Assembly (NCBI GenBank): GCA_041662005.1
Contig: JBAZTJ010000028.1
Coordinates: 1-24,818 of the forward strand
Direction of reading: 5' to 3'
DNA length: 24,818 nucleotides
DNA from: Candidatus Methylopumilus sp.
GTDB lineage: Bacteria; Pseudomonadota; Gammaproteobacteria; Burkholderiales; Methylophilaceae
The translations under genes and the position numbers were made by a program. Shown here one piece after another: positions 7,081-14,385 of the stretch. Each line of letters begins with the position of its first letter. Within the stretch, counting starts at the first letter, position 1. Under the pieces are notes generated by a model. It was not told the DNA's origin. It was given only the letters and a program-made list of their open reading frames with translations, and made no database searches.

Positions 7081-9138
7081 GTGAACATACCTAAAAAATA
7101 TCTGCTGACGATTATCAATGCCGCGCTGATGGCATCCCTGGCACAACCGGCGTTTGCAGAGGAGCAGCCAGCAAAGGCCCAACCCGCAGGCATCCAATTA
7201 CAGGTGCTGTCGCCAACGATCAAGGTCTATGCATCCCCGCAGGCCGATGCTCTTTTGCTGTACGAAATCCCCAAAGGCAATTTGCTGGATGTGATCGAGC
7301 AGCAGGGTAACTGGTTCAAGATCAAGGTCAACTCCTACCAGGAGTTTGGCTGGGTGCGTCAGGAGCCCTGGGAGTATGGCGAACTGACGCTTTCGGTGCT
7401 GCCGAATAAAGGCGAGGTGAGTTATGCGCAAGAGCAGGTTGGCGCTACAGCACCTGAGGATGCGCCACAAACCAGGCAGTTTCAACCGGCAAAACCGAAT
7501 GTGATTGCCACATTGCCCCCGATCGACTCAGAACAGGTACCAGCGCCCAGCCCCAACCTGCCTCGCGAAACCATCCCTATCCAGGATCGCTGGCGCATCA
7601 TGCAGGCGCTGGGTTTCAAGTTTCCGTGGTATGACCCGTTTAACCAGAATCACTTGAAGGGCGATTTACCCGTACTTAAGGAATGGGGCGAAGACCTGTT
7701 CTTTAACTTGGGCGTGATCTCCGACACGGTAATCGAGTCCAGAAGAGTGGCGACGCCTGTCGCCAACCAGGTTTCAACTGGGCCTGGGGCTAACAACACT
7801 TACGGCGGTAGCGAGCAATTCATCTTCAACCAGAACCTGATTCTGAGTTTTAGCCTGACCAAGGGCAATACTACATTCAAACCGCCTGAGTATGAATTCA
7901 GGTTTGTGCCGGTGCTGAATTACAACTTTGCCGATGTGAAAGAAGCAGGCGTGTTGAATGCCGACCCCAGAAAAGGCACGACCCGCGAAGATGGCTTTGT
8001 CGGCGTGCAGGAACTGTTTGCCGACGTGCATTTGCGCAATGTGTCGGATCGCTATGACTTCGACAGTATCCGTGTAGGCATACAGCCTTTCATCAGCGAT
8101 TTCAGGGGTTTCCTGTTCCAGGATACGCCGTTCGGTGTGCGTCTATTCGGCAACCGCGCTAACAACCGTTACCAGTACAACGTGGCCTGGTTCCGCCGTA
8201 TGGAAAAAGATACCAACAGCGGCCTCAATGATGTGGGGCAGAGCCTGCGCAACGACGACATTTATGCTGCCAATCTGTATATGCAGGATTTCCCGGCACG
8301 TGGCTTTACTTCGCAAGTCTCGGTTACGCACAACCGTAATAACGAAAAGCAGCGCGAGTACGACACTAACGACTTTCTGGTGCGGCCTGCATTGCTGGGC
8401 GACTTACGCCCGCATTCTTATGAAGTCACCTATCTGGGTTATACCGGTGACGGCCATTTCGGAAAATGGAGCCTCTCCACATCCAGCTACCTGGCCGTTG
8501 GTAGCGATTCACGCAGCCCGATAGCGCAAACCAAACAGGATATTTTTGCGGGTTTCCATGCCTCCGAGTTGGCGCGCGACTTCGACTGGATACGTTTGCG
8601 AGGCAACCTGTTATTAGCCTCCGGTGACAAGAATCCTTACGATGACAAATCTACCGGCTTTGACGCTATTCTGGAAAACCCGCAGTTTGCCGGCGCATCC
8701 ACCAGCTATTACATACGTCAGAGCATCCCCCTCATTGGTGGCGGTGGCGTTGGACTATCAGGACGTAACGGTTTGCTGCCCTCTTTGCGGTCTTCGCCCA
8801 TCCAGGGACAATCCAATTTCGCCAACCCTGGCCTGGTGCTATTAGGGCTTGGCGCCGACTTTGACCTGGGCCCGCAGCTCCGCGTGTTTGGCAATATCTC
8901 CGACCTGCATTTCATGAACACCTCTTCGCTAGGCGTGTTGCGCAACGAGGAAATCCCGTCGAAACATCTTGGTGTAGATGCTTCGGTAGGCTTCCACTGG
9001 CGGCCCTTGTTTAACCAGAACATTATCATCAACGGTTCGATGGGCGCTTTAATGCCGGGTGATGGTCTGAAGCAGTTATACGGTAATGACCAGAGCACTT
9101 TGTATTCCGCATTAATCAATGCCTTGATTACTTACTAA
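7081..9138 (+). CDS. Outer-membrane beta-barrel protein with an N-terminal SH3b-like domain. It is a candidate porin/sheath partner for the adjacent cytochromes.
   Basis: GTG start with AGGGA RBS. Signal peptide ...ASLAQPAFA-EE. SH3b-like IQLQVLSPTIKVYASPQADALLLYEIPKGNLLDVIEQQGNWFKIKV. About 520 aa of alternating hydrophobic/beta-rich sequence, ending in an aromatic residue (…ALITY). Confidence 0.75.
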   Translation: MNIPKKYLLTIINAALMASLAQPAFAEEQPAKAQPAGIQLQVLSPTIKVYASPQADALLLYEIPKGNLLDVIEQQGNWFKIKVNSYQEFGWVRQEPWEYGELTLSVLPNKGEVSYAQEQVGATAPEDAPQTRQFQPAKPNVIATLPPIDSEQVPAPSPNLPRETIPIQDRWRIMQALGFKFPWYDPFNQNHLKGDLPVLKEWGEDLFFNLGVISDTVIESRRVATPVANQVSTGPGANNTYGGSEQFIFNQNLILSFSLTKGNTTFKPPEYEFRFVPVLNYNFADVKEAGVLNADPRKGTTREDGFVGVQELFADVHLRNVSDRYDFDSIRVGIQPFISDFRGFLFQDTPFGVRLFGNRANNRYQYNVAWFRRMEKDTNSGLNDVGQSLRNDDIYAANLYMQDFPARGFTSQVSVTHNRNNEKQREYDTNDFLVRPALLGDLRPHSYEVTYLGYTGDGHFGKWSLSTSSYLAVGSDSRSPIAQTKQDIFAGFHASELARDFDWIRLRGNLLLASGDKNPYDDKSTGFDAILENPQFAGASTSYYIRQSIPLIGGGGVGLSGRNGLLPSLRSSPIQGQSNFANPGLVLLGLGADFDLGPQLRVFGNISDLHFMNTSSLGVLRNEEIPSKHLGVDASVGFHWRPLFNQNIIINGSMGALMPGDGLKQLYGNDQSTLYSALINALITY

Positions 9139-9196
9139 CCAGGCACTGATTAAACCGGCGCAGTCATTAGATCCAGTGCAATTACCCAATTATTAA

Positions 9197-12100
9197 ATGA
9201 GAAGTATGCTTTTTAATCACTCTTTAAAGTCTAGCGTTTATCGTGCCGGTTCGATTGTTGCGCTTGCGTTCCTGGTCCTGTTGCCCATCAACGGGATTTC
9301 ATCGGAGGAGCATCTAACGCATCGCGATTACACGGTAGCGCCTGATGCGCCAAAAACGCAGACGGAAGCAGCTGCTAAAGAGAAATCTGACGGCTGCATG
9401 AGTTGCCATAGCGCGACAGACAGACACACCATGCACGCCAACCCTGGCGTCATTATTGGCTGTACCGACTGTCATGGCGGCAATGCTGCCGTGGCTGTTA
9501 ATAAACATGTCAGTGAGGGTGACCACAAAGCTGCAGAGTATCGCGAAGCCATGGAAAAAGCCCACGTGTTGCCGCGTGATGAGAAATTGTGGAGCTCCTC
9601 GGCAAACCCCCAGGTTTCCTATGCCAGGCTCAACAAAGAGCACCCAGCCTTTATCCGCTTTATCAACCCTGGCGACTTGCGCATAGCACGCCAAGCCTGC
9701 GGCAGCTGCCATTTGCCTATCATCCAGGCACAAGAACGCAGCCTGATGTCGACATCTGCCATGCTGTGGGGCGGTGCCGCCTACAACAACGGCATACTGC
9801 CTTACAAGCGATATATCATCGGTGAGGCATACACCCATGATAGTGAGCCGGCGGCGCTTGTTAACCCGATCAAGCCAGACAATGATTTATTCATGTTCAA
9901 AGGCATACTGGACAGGCTCTACCCATTGCCTGCCTGGGAAACCATTCCCCCCGCCGATATTTTTCGGGTGTTCGAACGGGGCGGCCGCGTCATCAACAGC
10001 ACCTTCCCCGAAGTTGGTTTGCCTAACAGCTCCGGCACGCTGCAAAAACTGGATGAACCGGGTCGTCCCGATATCAAGCAATCCAACCGCGGGCCGGGCA
10101 CCGGCAGCAACATCGCCGTGCCTGTTATCAATATCACCAAAACCCGTTTGAATGACCCGCACCTGTGGTTTCTCGGCACTAATGAGCAAGCGGGCGATTA
10201 CCGCTCATCCGGCTGTAGCGGCTGCCATAGCATCTATGCCAATGACCGTGACCCTTTGCACTCAGGCCCTTATGCCAAGTTTGGCAACAGTGGCAGCACG
10301 CAGACCATAGACCCCACGATTCCCAAAGACGAATCCGGCCACCCGCTCAAGCATGAATTTACGCGCGCCATTCCATCCTCACAGTGCATGGTCTGCCATA
10401 TGCACCAGCCCAATATTTTCGTGAATTCGTTCTATGGCTACACCATGTGGGATTACGAATCCGATGCGCCCAGTATGTGGCCGGAAAAACAGACATACCC
10501 TACCGATGCCGAGATACGCGCCATCAACGAGCGCAACCCTGAGGAAGCAGCCATCCGCGGTAAGTGGAGCGACCCGGATTTCCTGAAAAATGTCTCCACC
10601 CTCAACCCCACGCTCAAAGACACGCAATTTGCCGACTATCACGGGCACGGCTGGAACTTCCGCGCGATTTTCAAGCGCAACCGCAAGGGCGCACTGCTGG
10701 ATGCCAAGGGTAATATCGTCGATGACAATGATCCCAAGAAATTCAGCAAAGCCGTACACCTCAGCTCTATCCACATGGATATCGGCATGCAGTGCGTGGA
10801 CTGCCACTTCGCGCAGGACATGCACGGCAATGGCCATATCTATGGTGAAGTAGCGGCGGCGATTGAGGTCGACTGTTCCGACTGCCACGGCACCGCGACC
10901 ACCTACCCTACCCTGCACACCTCCGGCCCGGCCGCACGCCCGGGTGGCTTGGACCTGACCACCCTCACCACGCAGGATGGACGTCGCCGCTTTGAATGGA
11001 TAGATGGCAAACTGATCCAGCGCTCAGCCATTGACCCCAACAAAGAATGGGAAATGTCGCTGGTGAAAGATACCGTCAACCCCAACCACCCAAAATACAA
11101 TGCCAAGGCGGCACGTGCCAAGTTGATGGGCGCCGGCGAAGAAGGACAACAAGGGCAATGGGGGCTGGGAGTCAAAAAGCTCGCGCATGACAACAGCAAG
11201 ATGACCTGCTTTACCTGCCATTTATCATGGACCACCAGCTGCGCCGGTTGTCATTTGCCGATACAGGCCAACTGGAAAACAGAGCGTCACCATTATGAAG
11301 GCGGCGAGACCAGAAATTACGCCACCTACAACCCGCAAGTAGCGCGCGATGAAATGTTCCAGCTCGGCCTGAGCGGACCGGTGAAAGGGTCCAAGGTCAC
11401 CCCTGTGCGCTCCAGTTCGGCGCTGATCCTGTCCTCGACCAACAGCAATCGCGAGCGGATTTATATCCAGCAGCCGCCTATCGCTGCCAGTGGTTTCTCA
11501 TCGCAGGCTTTTGCCCCGCACTACCCGCATACCGAGCGCAAGGAAGAAACCAAGACCTGCACCGACTGCCATGTCTCCAAAGACAATGACAACAACGCCA
11601 TCATGGCGCAGCTGCTGCTACAGGGCACCAACTTCGTCAATTTTGTCGGCTTCAACGCATGGCTGGGCGAAGCGCATCATGTCGAAGCAGTCACCGTGAC
11701 CGAGTGGGACGAGCCCCAGGCGGTGATCGGCAGTTATCTGCAACGCTACGCTTACCCGGATTACTTCAAGGCGCATCAGGATCGCAAGCTGGAGCTGCCT
11801 GAAGCCTTTGATCATGGCGCCGCCGATAATGTTAACTGCCTGCAGATGCGCGGCGAGTATCTTTACGCGGCCGAAGGCAAAGGCGGTTTCCGCGTTTACG
11901 ATATTGCCAATATTGGTAATAAGGGTGTAGCCCAGCGCATCATCACCGCACCATTTTCATCGATAGGCCAGGACACGCACGTAGCCAGCAAAAATGCCAC
12001 CTGCATGGCATTGCCCACCAATCAGTCGATTGCACCCTCCAGGAATCCGGATGAAAGCAAGGACAAAGCACGCTTTGAGCTGATGCGTAAAACTAATCAG

Positions 12101-13039
12101 GAGCAGGCCTTCCACCCCATCTACCACTACGCCTTCATCACCGATGCCGTAGAGGGACTGATTGCCGTGGATGTGGACACGCTGGCGGATGGCGAACCCC
12201 GCAACAACTTCCTCAAGCGCGCTGTCACCTGGAACCCGGATGGCCTGCTCAACAATGCGCGCCACATTACCCTGGGCGGGCATTACGCCTATGTCGCCAC
12301 TCCCAAGGGCATGGTGATTCTGGACCTGGATAATCCGCTCAAGCCTAAACACATCAAGACCATCGCGCTGGATGATGTCAGAGGCTCAGCAGTGCAGTTC
12401 CGCTACCTGTTTGTAACCGACCCCAGCGGGTTGCGGGTGGTGGATATTACCAAGCCGAAAGAGCCTGTTTTGTTACCGGCACAGATTCCACTGGCCAATG
12501 CACAAAAACTCTATCTCGCCAGAACCTATGCCTACGTAGCAGCGGCCGAGCAAGGCCTGGCTATCATTGATATCGAGAAGCCGGAAAGCCCTGTCGTTTA
12601 TCAGATGTACACCGCGGACGGCAAACTCAATGACGCACGTGATGTGGTTGTAGGCACCACTAACGCCTCACTATTTGCCTATGTGGCTGACGGTAAAAAT
12701 GGCCTGAAAGTCGTACAATTGACAGCACCGGATACGCAACCGCGCTTCTACGGTTTTTCACCGGACCCCAAGCCCAACCTAATTGCCTGGCGCAATACCC
12801 AGTCAGCAGCGCTGGCAGTTTCCAAGGGGCTGGACCGTGACCGCGCAGTAGATGAAACCGGGCACCAGATCGCCGTATTCGGGCGCATCGGGTCACGGCC
12901 ATTCAACCGCAGTGAGATGGATAAGCTCTATATGCGCCCGGATGGCAATATATGGACAGTCAGTGACAAACCTAACGATAAAGACATGATTCCTAAAAAA
13001 TCAGCCAAGCCAGCGCCCTCGCAGGAGCAGATTCGATAA
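9197..13039 (+). CDS. Large secreted decaheme c-type cytochrome fused to a C-terminal LVIVD-repeat beta-propeller.
   Basis: Signal peptide. 10 CxxCH motifs spread over about 790 aa (CMSCH, CTDCH, CGSCH, CSGCH, CMVCH, CVDCH, CSDCH, CFTCH, CAGCH, CTDCH). The C-terminal ~480 aa carry at least 6 LVIVD-type repeats (GGFRVYDIANIG, GLIAVDVDTLADG, GMVILDLDNPLKP, GLRVVDITKPKEP, GLAIIDIEKPESP, GLKVVQLTAPDT). Confidence 0.9.
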   Translation: MRSMLFNHSLKSSVYRAGSIVALAFLVLLPINGISSEEHLTHRDYTVAPDAPKTQTEAAAKEKSDGCMSCHSATDRHTMHANPGVIIGCTDCHGGNAAVAVNKHVSEGDHKAAEYREAMEKAHVLPRDEKLWSSSANPQVSYARLNKEHPAFIRFINPGDLRIARQACGSCHLPIIQAQERSLMSTSAMLWGGAAYNNGILPYKRYIIGEAYTHDSEPAALVNPIKPDNDLFMFKGILDRLYPLPAWETIPPADIFRVFERGGRVINSTFPEVGLPNSSGTLQKLDEPGRPDIKQSNRGPGTGSNIAVPVINITKTRLNDPHLWFLGTNEQAGDYRSSGCSGCHSIYANDRDPLHSGPYAKFGNSGSTQTIDPTIPKDESGHPLKHEFTRAIPSSQCMVCHMHQPNIFVNSFYGYTMWDYESDAPSMWPEKQTYPTDAEIRAINERNPEEAAIRGKWSDPDFLKNVSTLNPTLKDTQFADYHGHGWNFRAIFKRNRKGALLDAKGNIVDDNDPKKFSKAVHLSSIHMDIGMQCVDCHFAQDMHGNGHIYGEVAAAIEVDCSDCHGTATTYPTLHTSGPAARPGGLDLTTLTTQDGRRRFEWIDGKLIQRSAIDPNKEWEMSLVKDTVNPNHPKYNAKAARAKLMGAGEEGQQGQWGLGVKKLAHDNSKMTCFTCHLSWTTSCAGCHLPIQANWKTERHHYEGGETRNYATYNPQVARDEMFQLGLSGPVKGSKVTPVRSSSALILSSTNSNRERIYIQQPPIAASGFSSQAFAPHYPHTERKEETKTCTDCHVSKDNDNNAIMAQLLLQGTNFVNFVGFNAWLGEAHHVEAVTVTEWDEPQAVIGSYLQRYAYPDYFKAHQDRKLELPEAFDHGAADNVNCLQMRGEYLYAAEGKGGFRVYDIANIGNKGVAQRIITAPFSSIGQDTHVASKNATCMALPTNQSIAPSRNPDESKDKARFELMRKTNQEQAFHPIYHYAFITDAVEGLIAVDVDTLADGEPRNNFLKRAVTWNPDGLLNNARHITLGGHYAYVATPKGMVILDLDNPLKPKHIKTIALDDVRGSAVQFRYLFVTDPSGLRVVDITKPKEPVLLPAQIPLANAQKLYLARTYAYVAAAEQGLAIIDIEKPESPVVYQMYTADGKLNDARDVVVGTTNASLFAYVADGKNGLKVVQLTAPDTQPRFYGFSPDPKPNLIAWRNTQSAALAVSKGLDRDRAVDETGHQIAVFGRIGSRPFNRSEMDKLYMRPDGNIWTVSDKPNDKDMIPKKSAKPAPSQEQIR

Positions 13040-14382
13040 TGAAAACACTACAGAGACTCAGCATAAAACTATGGCTGGCCACTAGCCTACTTTTGAGTCT
13101 GGCCACCAGCGCCCATGCCACCATGCCCAACCTGTCGCATGACCAGACAGTGGGTTCGGTAAATTGTGCGAACAGCTTTTGCCACGGCTCGATAACGCAT
13201 TGGGATGAATCCAATGTGCTGCAGAATGAATACACCACCTGGGAGCGTCTGGACCGGCATACCCAAACCTACCAGGTATTGCTCAACAAGCAATCCAAGC
13301 TGATCGCCAAAAACCTGGGCCTGAAAAAACCTGCCCATGAGTCCAAAGTCTGCCTGGATTGCCATGCGCATAACCCGGCTGCGGATCAACGCGGCGAACG
13401 TTTCATCATGAGCGAAGGCGTGGGCTGCGAGGGTTGCCATGGCCCGGCCGGACGCTGGATCAAGTCGCACACGCTGGCGGGCGCCAGCCATGCCGACAAC
13501 ATTGAAAACGGACTTTACCCGACTGACTCGCCTGTAGCGCAGGCCAAGCTTTGCCTGTCTTGCCATTTTGGCGACCAGAACCGCTTTATCACCCACCGCA
13601 TCATGGGGGCCGGGCATCCACGCATCTCTTTTGAACTGGAGACCTTTACTGCCATCCAGCCCGCCCACTTCCGTATCGATGATGATTGGCACAAACGTAA
13701 AGGGGATTACAACCCGATCAAGGTCTGGGCCATTGGCCAGGTCATCGCCTCACAGCAGTTGCTGAATGCGTTTGCCGACCCTAAGCTGGGACGGGACGGC
13801 ATCTTCCCCGAACTGGTATTGTTTGATTGCCATGCCTGCCACCACCCCATGAGCGAGAAAAAATGGACACCGCGCCTGGGCGTTGGCCCTGGCCGTATCC
13901 GCCTGAATGACAGCAACCTGCTGATGCTACGTGCCATTGTGCGAGTGGTCGATGCCAGCAATGCAGCAGAATTTAACAAGCGCATCATGCAGATGCACCA
14001 GGCAGTTTCTGGTAATGGCGACCCTACCGGCATCAGCCCGACCGAGTCTGCGCAAAAGGTAGCGGCATCGCTGGAAACCTACGTTACGCTGATCAAAAAC
14101 CAGAGCTTCAACCTGCCGCAGCTCAAGCAGGTGTATCAGGCTTTGATTGATGAAGCGATTGATGGCCAGTTCTCGGATTATGCTGGCGCTGAGCAAGCCT
14201 ATATGGCCATCTCCAACCTGTCGCTGTCATTGGCAAAAATGGGCGGATTGAAGTCAGCGCCAGAGGTGAATCGCCAGTTGGCAAACATGCGTAAAACGCT
14301 CACCAATGACGAAACGTACCAACCCAAAGTATTTGCCAAACAATTGGCTGATTTGAAATATACCGTATCGCAAGCGAGGTAA
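13039..14382 (+). CDS. Periplasmic pentaheme c-type cytochrome (c554/NrfB-like motifs) with a heme-free helical C-terminal domain. Its start overlaps the upstream stop (TAATG).
   Basis: Signal peptide ...ATSAHA. 4 CxxCH motifs (CLDCH, CEGCH in GVGCEGCHGPAG, CLSCH, CHACHH) plus one CX4CH (CANSFCH). RBS GGAG upstream. Confidence 0.85.
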   Translation: MKTLQRLSIKLWLATSLLLSLATSAHATMPNLSHDQTVGSVNCANSFCHGSITHWDESNVLQNEYTTWERLDRHTQTYQVLLNKQSKLIAKNLGLKKPAHESKVCLDCHAHNPAADQRGERFIMSEGVGCEGCHGPAGRWIKSHTLAGASHADNIENGLYPTDSPVAQAKLCLSCHFGDQNRFITHRIMGAGHPRISFELETFTAIQPAHFRIDDDWHKRKGDYNPIKVWAIGQVIASQQLLNAFADPKLGRDGIFPELVLFDCHACHHPMSEKKWTPRLGVGPGRIRLNDSNLLMLRAIVRVVDASNAAEFNKRIMQMHQAVSGNGDPTGISPTESAQKVAASLETYVTLIKNQSFNLPQLKQVYQALIDEAIDGQFSDYAGAEQAYMAISNLSLSLAKMGGLKSAPEVNRQLANMRKTLTNDETYQPKVFAKQLADLKYTVSQAR

Positions 14383-14385
14383 GCC

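Noticed and set aside
9314-10918. Several 100-180-aa antisense ORFs within the 1280-aa cytochrome gene.
   Set aside because: They are shadow ORFs with no motifs or RBS.
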